A stretch of 64,000 nt of DNA from Octopus vulgaris (Eukaryota), in NCBI GenBank assembly GCA_951406725.2, contig OX597831.1, forward strand, positions 58,404,001 through 58,468,000. The letters run 5' to 3'. Under the pieces are notes generated by a model. That model was not told the DNA's origin and did no database searches. It saw only the letters and a program-made list of their open reading frames with translations. Shown here one piece after another: positions 1 through 11,558 of this stretch (position 1 is its first letter; the number at the start of each line of letters is the position of its first letter). A program made the translations under genes and the position numbers.

Positions 1-232
1 AAAGTACAGTTATTTCAATGTAGAAGTAAGATTGGATTTTTGCTGGCATTTAGATGTAAACAAAATTATAAAAAACACGATTTAGCATTGTATGTATGTA
101 TATATGTATGTATGCATGAGTGTACGTATGTATAACACACACACACATATATGTGCAAATGTATATGTATTTATGTATATGTACATCTCTTTCTCTCTCT
201 CTATATATATATATAACTAAGTGTATGTGTTT

Positions 233-397
233 ATTGTGTGTGTGTGTGTGTGTGTGTGCGCGCGCACGTGTATGTGTGTGTGCGCGCGCGCATGTGTGTG
301 TATGTTGGTGTGTGTGTGTGTGTGTGCGCGCGCACGTGTATGTGTGTGTGCGCGCGCGCATGTGTGTGTATGTTGGTGTGTGTGTGTGTGTGTGTGT
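233..397. repeat. (TG)n/(CG)n alternating purine-pyrimidine tract with a duplicated ~70-bp unit
   Basis: The unit tgcgcgcgcacgtgtatgtgtgtg..cgcgcgcgcatgtgtgtgtatgttggtg occurs twice, embedded in (TG)n. Confidence 0.9.
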
Positions 398-912
398 ATT
401 CCAATATTAAAATCTAGTATTTCAATTTGCAAAAGCTTTTTAAAGAAGATGTTTGATTTTTTGATAGACGTAGGTTTATAATTTGACCGGATGGAAAAAT
501 GGGTAGTATGTTCGGCATTCTGTAGCTCATATTACATAACAACTAACATTTATTGGTCTTCAAGAATACTACTTACTCTTACGCCATGATTCAATTTATT
601 TGTCTGCCTTTAGCAAGATAATTCTAGATTTCATTTCAAGTTTATCGAAGTGGATAAGGAATATTTGAGAATACGCTTGAAATATGACATCATTTAGTCA
701 CGTGGAGGTTGTTACATTAACAGTATGGTACTCATCAGTAAGATAGAACCTGCAAGGCATAAATACATCACCTCTTTTTCTTAGGTTAAGATATTAAATA
801 AACTTGCCGAAGCTATAGTAACATCAAGGAAGCATTTAAGTTCCCAAATAAAGTTACTTAGCTTAACAATTTCAATATTATTTTTAGTCACAGGAATATA
901 TATATATATATA

Positions 913-1078
913 CAGGGAAAGTTTACGAAAAAAACAAAAGACGAAGACAGGTGGTGCACAAAACAAACAGATGTATTAGTATAACGCTCAGAAATAGAAA
1001 AAGTCTTTTACGTTTCGAGCTTACGCTTTTCTACAGAAAGAGACACAGAATAAACAAGGAGAGAAACAAGGAGAGAAA
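913..1078 (-). mobile_element. Short HHR-motif repeat, family D copy (probably Penelope pLTR-derived)
   Basis: Near-identical to 1713-1901 and 38807-38997; flanked by (TA)n on both sides; HHR motif at 1005-1040 has a stem II mutation. Confidence 0.8.
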
Positions 1079-1166
1079 TATATATATATATATGTAACAT
1101 GTGGTATAATTATAAACAGGGTAAATTTTAGCCATTTCTCCGCAGACTGAAAAACAATGATGAATA

Positions 1167-1209
1167 ACCCTAATTGCTTTTCGAAACTTTTTGGCTTCTC
1201 ATCAGATGC
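1167..1209 (-). ncRNA. Minimal type-I hammerhead ribozyme motif (tandem copy 1)
   Basis: Minus strand GCAU-CUGAUGA-GAAGC caaaaa GUUUC-GAAA-AGCAAUUA-GGGU; core intact, stem I imperfect. Confidence 0.7.
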
Positions 1210-1471
1210 GCTTACGCTATTCTGACAGTCTCCAAAGAAACAAGCAGCCAAGCTGTCTATATACTCAACAAATGCAGCAGTTACTCTCTGAATGAATCCT
1301 TAATTTTGCATACCGAAACTGTTTTACACTCTCTAAATAGCAACGGCCTGACAACAGGGATCTTAGTCCATACAGTATCAAGGTATGATATAAGATATAC
1401 GTAACATGTGGCATAATTATAAACAGGTCAAAATATGGGTATTTCTCCGCAGACTGAAAGAATGATGAACA

Positions 1472-1514
1472 ACCTTAATCGATTTTTGAACCATATTGGG
1501 TTCTCATCAGCGGC
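1472..1514 (-). ncRNA. Minimal type-I hammerhead ribozyme motif (tandem copy 2, G12A)
   Basis: Minus strand GCCG-CUGAUGA-GAACC caauau GGUUC-AAAA-AUCGAUUA-AGGU; palindromic stem III AAUCGAUU. Confidence 0.65.
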
Positions 1515-1604
1515 GTCTACATCATTTTGATAATCTCCAGAAAAACAAGCAACCAAACTGTTTATATACTCAACAGATGTATGTGTGTATGTGTGTGTAT
1601 ACAC

Positions 1605-1637
<33 letters not shown>

Positions 1638-1659
1638 TGTATGTATGTATGTATGTATG

Positions 1660-1712
<53 letters not shown>

Positions 1713-1716
<4 letters not shown>

Positions 1717-1901
1717 AGAGTTTACGAAAAAACAAAAGACGAAGACAGGTGGTGTACAAAACAAACAAATGTATTAGTATTACGCTCAGGAATAGGAAAA
1801 GTCTTTTACGTTTCGAGCCCACGCTCTTCTACAGAAAGGGACACAGAAAAAACAAGGAGAGAAAAAATGTGTGTAGTGGCTAACGATCTATCATGGCGAC
1901 T
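1713..1901 (-). mobile_element. Family D HHR-motif repeat, full ~190-bp copy
   Basis: One end abuts (TA)n; HHR motif at 1803-1838 reads CUUU-CUGUAGA-A-GAGC gugg GCUC-GAAAC-GUA-AAAG. Confidence 0.85.
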
Positions 1902-4361
1902 GGTGTGTATGTGTGTGTGTGTATAACACAGGTACAGACATGTATATTGTAGCGTGGGCGGTAGAAATGATTGTCATTAAGAAAGATAATTATCTTCGCT
2001 TTTATGACATTACTACTTTGTTGCAAATATGCAACGTCATTTAAGTTTTGCTACACAGGGTTACCAAGGTATTCTTATATAATCTGTAGTTAGCCTCCAA
2101 ATTGCTTAACAATATGTTTAATGTTATAGATTTTAAAGAAAAATCGCATATCCAACGACACGTTCACTGAATATGTGTCTGTTAATCACATATTATAGTT
2201 TGTTGTGGTTTAAGTAATATTTTTTGGTGATGTATTAGTATCATATATGGCAGCAATCCGGAAGTGATGTTCCGCAAAAACCTCTCTGTACGATAATTTC
2301 GTGATACTCGATAGATTTGTTTCTTTTGCATTATTATTTTTAATGAGTTCTGCTTTTAAGAGAATGATATGATGTATGAGAATGATAGAGTGAGTGTGTA
2401 TGTGTGTTTGTATTTAGTGCCTGCGTTGTTCTAGTAATAATATAATGTGTTGCAAATAGGTAGTATTGATATAACACCAGTGTATTCCAACTGGTATGTT
2501 ACTGCACTATCGCTGAGCGGAAAATTGGGCGCTACTGTATTATGTTACCCCATTGTAGTTTATCATTGATTGGCACTCTAAATCAGATTCAGTATTTGAC
2601 TGGTACTAAATTTTATCTACCCTAGATACGTTAGAACCAAAGTTGACCTCAGTGGAATTTTAACTCAGAACGTGAAGAGCTGTTGTGATACTAAGCATGC
2701 ATTAGATTTTAGTACAAGGCTATAGATCTGTTAAGTGAGGCTATAATTGACGAAATCAACATTAGAACATTGTAATTACCTCTTTTACTGACTCTTAAAA
2801 GATAATTTAAAATTCTGTTGTAGTTTGAACTCAGAATACAGGTAGACGAAGCTAACCTCTGTAAAGTGTTTGATTTGCCATTTAACCATTCGCAACAAAG
2901 CACTAATTTATGTTTATGATCGATAACAATAATTTATGACGTAGAAACAAGAACATCCTTCGTTTGAAGAATGTAATATAATCCTCCCCATATTTGATTG
3001 GTATTTATTTTATCGACCCAGAAATATTGAAAGGTAAAAATAATTTCGGTATTGTTTGTCAACTGATTTAACGATTCTGCTAACCCGCCGTACTATCCTT
3101 GTCGATAATATTGGCCTTATTAAAGATTATGTATTTTCAGAGAAAGAAGGATTGCTGTAGTAAATACACTGCAACGAGTAATTAGGTTCGTATCGCAACG
3201 CTTTGTTTAGCTCATATTCCATAGAGGCCGACGGTGTTATATCATTCTTCCATGTGATATGGTAAATGGAAACAATATAAATATATTGCTGCGTAGTACT
3301 GAGATCAGTTCACATGAGTACAGCCATTTATCTATAAACGATTGGCTTATACTGAAGTAACCTTAAGCTTGACAGGTTTCTATATTAGTAAATTAGTGAT
3401 ACGTGAAATACAGTACGAGCGTCAGGAATAACGAAATCAATTTCGTGGTTCAATAAGAACTGAGCCAAAATATTGGATGTTAATTATCTGCAGTATCTCA
3501 AGTAATTAATGGTTTCCAACACTGGCAATTAATGCCATAATTAATGATAACTGTAAAAAAGGAACTGTGTGGAGGTAGATGGAAGAAGAAATTAATGCAG
3601 ACGTTCAATCATTTCTTGAAGAAATAATGACGATCGTTAAATAGCCTCGCCCATTCAATAATAATAAACGAAGATTGTCGTATCTCCTGATGACATTTAT
3701 CTGGCGACAATATATTTAGAGATGAAATTATAATTTGATTTACACTTACTCAATATAGATCCGTTTGCTAGTCGCAGCGAATGGGTGCCAGTATATTTAT
3801 ATTACTGGATAATTTAATTTATGTCCACGGTATGTAACGTAATTATCTAATCAGTTCGACGCTATCTTGTACTTGGGTAATTTCACACAGACATACAATC
3901 TGGTTTAGTGGAAGTCGGTTTTAGTTTGTTACGACAATTTACACAACTTACACATTCATAACAAAATTGTGATGTCATGGTTTCATTGACATTATTAAGT
4001 TTGGCTTTATATACCTTCACGGAAAAAAAAAGATGTATAAACGATAGACATCATGAGAAATAAGCCTGCACGATGCTGAAAGCTTGATGAAAGAAAATTA
4101 TTTAAAATTTTGCTTCATTTAATAAGGTGAGTCGCTCGGCCTGTTAGAAAAATCTGCCATTATTTATCCAGATGAAATCCTACTATCTTAAAATAGAAAG
4201 GGGCACATTAGGAATTGTAGTACGAGACTCATAGAAAATGTGGGTTAGGTCATTGTAGGAGTATCTTTGGCCATATAAAGTCAAGTTCCAGCAAAAAATT
4301 TCAACACAAAAAAGTAAGATTTATTTAAAAATGATAAAAGTAGGGATAATGAGTGAAATGG

Positions 4362-4575
4362 ATTTCAAATTTTGAGCACGAGATCAGCAATTTTGGGCGA
4401 GTGGGTTAGTCGAGTACATCGACCCCCAGTGTTTAACTGGAACTTATTTTATCGACCCCGAAAGCGTCACAGGCAAAATGCGCCGGTGAAATTTGTACTT
4501 AGAACATGAAGACGGACGAAATATTGAGAAACATTTTCGCCGGCGTCTTAACAACTGTGCCAGCTCGCTGCCTTC
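4362..4575 (-). mobile_element. Older SINE family A' (family A body with a different 3' tail)
   Basis: Shares catcgacccc..actgg.acttattttatcgaccccgaaa with family A; tail reads gatttcaaattttg..cagcaattttggg. Confidence 0.7.
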
Positions 4576-4899
4576 GAGAAAACGAGTAATATAAAAATCT
4601 GAGACATTGAAACCGAAACCTTACCGACATTAGAAATTGACTACTAAAATTCTAGTGTTTTTTTTTTTAAATCATTATCGCTCGAAACAACACATTCGAC
4701 CATCCTTTGATATTTCCAATAGGATATCATTTCTATATGAAAAGGTTACTGGTTTCTCGATCGACCCGACTCCATTTCTGGAGAAAGAGCAGCTTTGATT
4801 GATCTACAATTCTTCTCACGGTGCAACATAATCGTCTGAGAGAGAGCGAGAGAGAGAGAGATAGGAAGAGATTGAGTGATATATATATATATATATATA

Positions 4900-5067
4900 T
4901 AATATTAATTCGAGACAAAACCACTATTTTGCAAAACAAACAAGGAAAGACTTAATCAATACATAAAAATTTTAATATAAGATAAATAAACCACCACTAC
5001 AATCGTTTCATGTCTTCAAATGACATTCGTCAGGTGGATTTCCGATCTTCTAATCATTTTTAATTTA
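4900..5067 (-). mobile_element. Short TA-flanked element with hammerhead (Penelope pLTR-like)
   Basis: About 170 bp between two (TA)n tracts, containing the HHR at 4994-5037. Confidence 0.65.
4994..5037 (-). ncRNA. Minimal type-I hammerhead ribozyme, canonical core
   Basis: CCAC-CUGACGA-AUGUC auuugaa GACAU-GAAAC gauu GUA-GUGG; stems I, II and III all pair; GUA cleavage triplet. Confidence 0.85.
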
Positions 5068-5107
5068 TATATATATAAAGAGAGAGAGAGAGAGAGAGAT
5101 AGTGTGT

Positions 5108-5141
<34 letters not shown>

Positions 5142-5214
5142 GTTATTATCAGTATGACAATAACAAAATGTTATTATCAATAAATAAAAATGGATCGGAA
5201 ATAATGAAGACTAA

Positions 5215-5345
5215 ATCCACTCACAAGGCATTGACCTGCCGGAGGGTATAGCAGAAGACACTTGCTCAAGGTGGCGCGCAAGGGAACTGAACCTAAAACG
5301 ACACGCTTGCAAAGCGAGCTTGTTAGCCACACAGTCATGCCCGCT
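5215..5345 (-). mobile_element. SINE family B, 5' fragment
   Basis: aaatccactcacaaggc...gaagacacttgctcaaggtg matches the family B head. Confidence 0.7.
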
Positions 5346-6060
5346 GATAAAACATTATCCTGCTTGTCACACAGCTGAAGCTTTCGTTTTAAGATGCTTT
5401 AGCAATATATAAATTGCTGAGACATTGTCGAAATGTTAATGTTTATGAACCAGGTACATGTGTTACGTTTTAAATAAGTTCAAACTATAGAAAAGAAGAA
5501 AACACAATCTTTAACATAATTAGCCAATGTTATAAAGATTAATAAATATATGCAGCAAAATAGAAATGATAAAATGTATAAAGCACAGATTGCCCAGAGC
5601 TACCACTTATTCTGGCAAGTATGAGAGGTATCTTCAGATATACAGTATTCTAGAAATATATAGAAACAATAGAATTACATTATTACATACTTAGAGGTGT
5701 ACAAAAGTCGAATGTTTAGAGAATAAATTATTTAGAAAAATTACTCGTATACACTATCTGCATGAAAGCAATTGTTAAGCTAATAGTTCTCTCCAATTTT
5801 GACAGAACGATAGCAGTTTTGAAGGTAGGGAATAAGTCAATTACATTAACCCCAGTGGACAACTGGTACTTATTTTATCAACCTTCAAAGGATGAAAGGT
5901 AGTTTTTGAACTAATGAATGTAAAGAAGCGAAAGAAATGCCGTTAAGTACATTTGTTCAACGTGCACACGTCGTTAGTATTTGGGTAAAATGTTGAACGG
6001 AATTTCTTCCGTTAAACATTTTACCCTGTATACTAACGACTCTACTAGCGCACCATCTTT

Positions 6061-6495
6061 TCAAAGCTAATATTGATTTCAAATTTAGGCACAAAACCAG
6101 AAATTTCGCGTGGAGGGATTAAGACGATTACATCGACCTCAATGCTCAACTGATATTTATTTCATTGAGCTCGAAAGAATGAAAGGCAAAGTTGACCTCG
6201 ACGGAATTAGAACTCAGAGCATGGTGATAGCCGAAATACCGGTAGGCATTTTGCCTGGCGTGCTAACGACTCAGCCAGCTCTCCGATTGTTTCAAAGCTT
6301 AATATTGATTTCAAATTTTGGCACCAAGCCAGTAATTTTGGGGAAGGGGGAATATCAATTACATCGAGCCCTCTTTTTTTATTGACCATGAAAGGATGAA
6401 AGGCAATGTCTGTCTCGGCGCAATTTGAATTTAGGGTCTAAAGACGAAATACCGTTAAGCATGTTAATGATTTTGCCAGCTCGCTGCCTTGTTAA
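6061..6495 (-). mobile_element. Two tandem degenerate SINE A' copies
   Basis: tcaaagct.aatattgatttcaaattt.ggcac at 6061 and ~6292, each followed by gaaaggcaa.gt..ctcg.cg.aatt.gaa. Confidence 0.7.
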
Positions 6496-6636
6496 GCTAA
6501 CGTAAACAGAATATTGTAGAGAAGATTAAAACATAAAGTGGATAATTATGTAGTAAGGAAAATACAGTATTCGTCATTGATTAGTATTTGAAATATTTAT
6601 GCAACTCCATAACAGTCTGAGATTATTATATTATTA

Positions 6637-6868
6637 GGCGGTGAGCTGGCAGAAACGTTAGCACGCCGGGCAAAATGCTTAGCAGTATTTCGTCTGCCGC
6701 TATGTTCTGAGTTCAAATTCCGCCGAGGTTGACTTTGCCTTTCATCCTTTCGGGGTCGATTAAATAAGTATCAGTTACGCACTGGGGTCGATGTAATCGA
6801 CTTAATCCGTTTGTCTGTCCTTGTTTGTCCCCTCTGTGTGTAGCCCCTTGTGGGTAGTAAAAAAATAG
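6637..6868 (+). mobile_element. tRNA-derived SINE family A (Meta-like central domain, Tx1-like tail)
   Basis: A-box-like gagctggcagaa, B-box-like gagttcaaattcc, central gcctttcatcctttcggggtcgat.aa.taagta, tail ccccttgtgggtagtaaa; many copies in the window. Confidence 0.9.
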
Positions 6869-7129
6869 GTAAGGAATGTACTATGAAAGTAGGAAAAATG
6901 AAGATTATATCCTCAAGAGACCATGTATGTTCCCTTTTCGATTTCTATCCCAGCAGTTTCTTTACGCTTAATAGGATTTTTGATACAACTAACAGGATAC
7001 AATTTATATGCCTTTTAAATTCGCTTTTCGATCATTCATTTTCGCACTTCGGTCAAAGAATTTAGCATTTACATCATTCGATAAAATGCCCGTCGAAATG
7101 CAAGGAATCATTTCGACGGGCATTTATTT

Positions 7130-7495
7130 TATCAACATCCACACTACAGCCCGTGAGATTGCAGGTACGAAAACAGGCGGCTTTCCGAGCAATGCTGCCT
7201 CTAAGTCCATCTTCATCTCTTGAATGGTTTCGAGTGGGATGGCATCAATAATCACCCGAAGACTGGCTCACATTTCTTCATCAACCTTAACGTGGTGGGC
7301 ACCTCCTCTGGGCAAATTGTGATGCCTCCCAGACCGTGGGTAGGTCGCTACTATGAATCGGGTGGTACTCCTTTTAATGCCAAGTGTGTCTGCCAGTTGC
7401 AGGTAATCAGTTTGATGCCTCTTGAAGGCATAAACCGGCCTTGCCCTGTCTTCATCCAAAATACGCCTGTACCTTACGCGTCGCACCATGATTAC
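7130..7495 (-). pseudogene. Tc1/IS630-like transposase N-terminal HTH remnant
   Basis: ORF 7268-7489 LADTLGIKRSTTRFIVATYPRSGRHHNLPRGGAHHVKVDEEM fits a paired-HTH plus PRGG linker; continues with frameshifts. Confidence 0.65.
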
Positions 7496-7535
7496 AAGTT
7501 GGTGTAAGAGGATGGGATATAAAATGCAACTGATA

Positions 7536-7560
7536 TTTCTTTATTGCCCACAAGGGGCCA
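7536..7560 (-). mobile_element. 25-bp retro-insertion (SINE A/Tx1 3' tail) with 17-bp TSD
   Basis: ataaaatgcaactgata at 7519-7535 and 7561-7577 flanks the reverse complement of tggccccttgtgggcaataaagaaa. Confidence 0.8.
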
Positions 7561-9034
7561 ATAAAATGCAACTGATACCGACCGGTTATGAATGTTGCAA
7601 TGAAAAAGACTTTGTGGTCAGAAGAACCACGTAATTTATTTCTTCCTTGTAGTTATAACAATATAATAAAGTTTGCTTGACAAAACATGTCTTTTAAATT
7701 TGTCATTTTTAACATTCACTTCTTAAGAATGTGAATAAAAACGCACATGTAAAATTAGTGCTGAATTAAATAAACTCATTCCAAACTCGAATGTTAGCTG
7801 TGTGGATTTGAATGCGTGAAAAGACGCCCCCCTCGGATTCCGACTAATTTGAATGTTCTCGATGGGCATTTTAATTTGAATGATGTAAGCATTTTGTCCC
7901 TGGCGTCTAAAAGTTTCTACCAGATCTCCACCACTACTACTGCTACTGTTACAGCTGCTGCCGCTGCCGCCACCACTACCACCACTACTACTACACGCAC
8001 ATATCTCAGAAGACCAATGGGAGTGTTCGGAATACGGATATGATTGTAGTATGGTCATAAGTCAATGGCGTAGGGATAATTATTATAAGGAATATATAGA
8101 TTATAACTGATCACTTACTGAGAGTATAAGCATACGTATATGTATACATATAATAGATATATACATGATCACACACATACATCTATAAATACAATACATA
8201 TATACATAATTTCATAATCACGTACATAGATGTATACATACAATAGATATATACATAATCACTCACATACATGTATAAATACAATACATATATACATAAT
8301 CACACACACACACACATATATATATATACAATACATATAAGCATAACACACACACGCTCTCTCTCCCTCTCTTTCACACACACACACAAACACACACGCC
8401 ATATACGTATGTATGTATGTATTTATGATTATGTGAACGTGTCTATATCTAATCATATTTATATCTAATCTGTCAATCGATCTATATACATACATAGACA
8501 TATATGTAATGAAGACTCATTTACTTTCTCAGAATAATCGTCTTTCAGAATAGTTTGTTCAATTTAGCTTAATTTTCGATCTAATCTCTACATAAAGAAT
8601 ACTTTTCTTAGTTCAATTTATTCCACGTATCTGTAGATAATAATCAATGCCAGACCTCTTAATTAATTACATTACAAATGGCTCTTGTCTTGTCATGTAA
8701 ACCAATAATCTAATTTTGGAATCATAATAATATTTGTATTGTAGTTAGATGGAGGAATTCACTGAAATGATGGAACACCAGACTAATTGTCTTGCGTTAA
8801 GTAGTAAACAAGTATAATTCATGTTGTTTGTTTTGTTATTGTTTAACCTCAGGTCAACGACGTTCGAGATGGTTAATGATGAAAGACAGTCGACCACTCG
8901 AAACTTTTTCGACGATAGGGATTAGAAGTATGTTTTCTGATTTGCTCTTCCTTTGTGAAGACAGCAAGCAGTTTAGCTGCTATAGTTAACAGATCTGCTG
9001 ACCACATACCAGTTGCTTCAGTGGTTCGTACCTA

Positions 9035-9069
<35 letters not shown>

Positions 9070-9235
9070 AGATAGATAGATACATACATACATACATACA
9101 TACATACATACACACACAAACTCACACACACAGACGTAAATGTGTCTGTATGTGTATAATGTGTCATGTAGTGTAATACGTATGTGTGTATGTGTGCATG
9201 AATGTATATCTATGTGCATATATACTCTTACTCAT

Positions 9236-9642
9236 CTTACTCTTTTACTTGTTTCAGTCATTTGACTGTGACCGTGCTGGAGCACCGCCTTTAGTCGAGC
9301 AAAGAGACCCCAGGACTTATTCTTTGAAAGCTTAGTACTAATTCTACTGCTCTCATTTACCGAATTTCTAAGTTACAGGGATGTAAACACACTAACATCG
9401 GTTGTCAAGCGATGGTGGGAGGGCAAACACAGATACACAAACATATACACACACACATATATATATATACACATATGTACGACGGGCTCCTTTCAGTTTC
9501 CGTCTGCCAAATCCACTCACAAGACTTTGGTCGGCCCGAGGCTATAGTAGAAGATACGTGCCCAAGGTGCCACGCAGTGGGACTGAACCCGGAACCATGT
9601 GGTTCGTAAGCAAGCTACTGACAACACAGCCACTCCTACGCC

Positions 9643-9643
<1 letters not shown>
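9236..9643 (-). mobile_element. tRNA-derived SINE family B (CORE-like, internal TA/TG microsatellite)
   Basis: Reverse complement of the 20573-20968 sequence. Confidence 0.9.
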
Positions 9644-9692
<49 letters not shown>

Positions 9693-9693
<1 letters not shown>

Positions 9694-9885
9694 GTGACTG
9701 CGTGTTGGCAATTTTTTTCCTCTATCTTCTCTTCTCTGGATCTTTCTTTCTCCTATGTTTCCGACGAAGAGCTCCGCTCGAAACGTTAAACCCTCCTTCT
9801 TTCCTGAGCGTCCAACAATACTATATTTGTTCCACGTGCTCGCGTTGTTGTGTTTTTTTTGTGCTTTCTTGTTTGGATTAACTTT
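9693..9885 (+). mobile_element. Divergent family-D relative, TA-flanked, with canonical HHR core
   Basis: 9757-9791 GUUU-CCGACGA-A-GAGC ucc GCUC-GAAAC-GUU-AAAC; shares tcctgagcg..aatac..tttgtt with family D. Confidence 0.75.
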
Positions 9886-10173
9886 ATATATATATACTTA
9901 TAATGTTATAGTTGTCGCTGCTGTTTAAGTCACCAATAATATTAAGCAGATATATGTTTAAAGACCCCACCCCAAGAAGGCCATCCAAATAATGTATCCA
10001 AGACTGTATTATCCAGTGTGGTAGTCACTCCTAAGTATGATACAAGTGCTGTGTGTTTGTGAAATAGGAAAGTGTGAGCTGCATTTGTGCACAGCCCAAA
10101 AGTGGAAGGAAAAGGAAATGTTACTCAAAGTTGTTACTCTAGATAGACGTTAAATAAACACGTATCTAAGTCT

Positions 10174-10540
10174 AGGGTCCCCACAGTCCATCCCCTCCTC
10201 ACCGTGGTGGGGATGCTGAGAACGGGTAGTGTCAGAGCTATGCTGTCGGGAACTTCGATTCCTGGTAGGGCCACCCAAGGCGGATTGGTCTGAAACCGAG
10301 TGGTATTATGGCCACAACTTGGTGAAAATCCTCGGAGTGTCTGTTTCGGCAACCGGCGGCTCCTCGGTCGTTCTGTCCCTGCGTCTGCGGACAATCTGCA
10401 GCAAACAGGATGTCTCTACATGCGGGATTGCTGGGGACCGCTTGTGAAATTCTCATATTCCTACGAAACTTCTTCCATGGTAGAAGAAGCCGACTCAACC
10501 CGCCCAGGGTGAATGTCGCCACAAGTACAAGTAAGTAGTA
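10174..10540 (+). mobile_element. Non-autonomous RTE-derived element (RTE 5'UTR-like head plus short-repeat tail)
   Basis: gagctatgctg..cctggtagggccacccaaggcggattggtc resembles RTE/BovB 5'UTRs; tail aagtacaagtaagtagta; 12-bp TSD gt(a/g)tctaagtct at 10162-10173 and 10541-10552. Confidence 0.65.
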
Positions 10541-11077
10541 GTGTCTAAGTCTGTCTTGCAACATACATGCTAATTCAATGAACATTGTAGTATGGTTGAT
10601 CAAAAATAAATAAAGAACCATCATCGAAACTGACGGAGGTCCGTTGTTCTTGTTACTAACAATGGTCAATTTCATCACCCATGATACTTATTTCAAACTA
10701 AGTTCCCTGGACTAGTGATAGCAGAACGATTTTTAGTAGTAACGACAAAATATATAAACAGTATAAACTTCATTTTGTATAGGTTGGCCAACAACCTATC
10801 GATTGACAGGCGATGGATTTACTTTCATAACGACATATGAGAAAACTTCAAAAAATCATTCATCTACACTAAAAGTTCTTACACAACATAAAGAATACTG
10901 AGAGTAATATGAGGTAATATTCCTTTCAGAGATATGAATGAAGCGGCTATATATATAATATTTCATATAGGTATACATATATGCATATATACGTATATAA
11001 ATTTTGTGCGTATAAATTCACATACATATATGTATATAGTATCTATCTGGGCATCTTTTTTTCTCTCTGTCCCTCTT

Positions 11078-11134
<57 letters not shown>

Positions 11135-11161
11135 AATATGTATGTGTATATATATGTACAT

Positions 11162-11219
<58 letters not shown>

Positions 11220-11400
11220 GCACACATACGGACATAACATACTTATACACGCTCATATACACTTGCATATACTCTCTCTTATAGAACATTCGAGGATATT
11301 GAAATGAAAAAGAAAACTAGTGGCTGAAAATAAATATATGGAAGAATACAAGAATTACTCATAAGTTTTATGTTGCTTGGGAATAGAGAATACTTCTCTG

Positions 11401-11446
<46 letters not shown>

Positions 11447-11464
11447 GATATATATATATATATG

Positions 11465-11500
<36 letters not shown>

Positions 11501-11524
11501 CATGGAGCAGAACGCAAATATATA

Positions 11525-11558
<34 letters not shown>

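Larger units (their letters stand above)
1094..1575 (-). repeat. Tandem ~305-bp unit (about 1.6 copies), each with a type-I hammerhead motif
   Basis: gtaacatgtgg..ataattataaacagg...atttctccgcagactgaaa...tatatactcaaca at 1094-1270 and 1401-1575. Confidence 0.8.
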
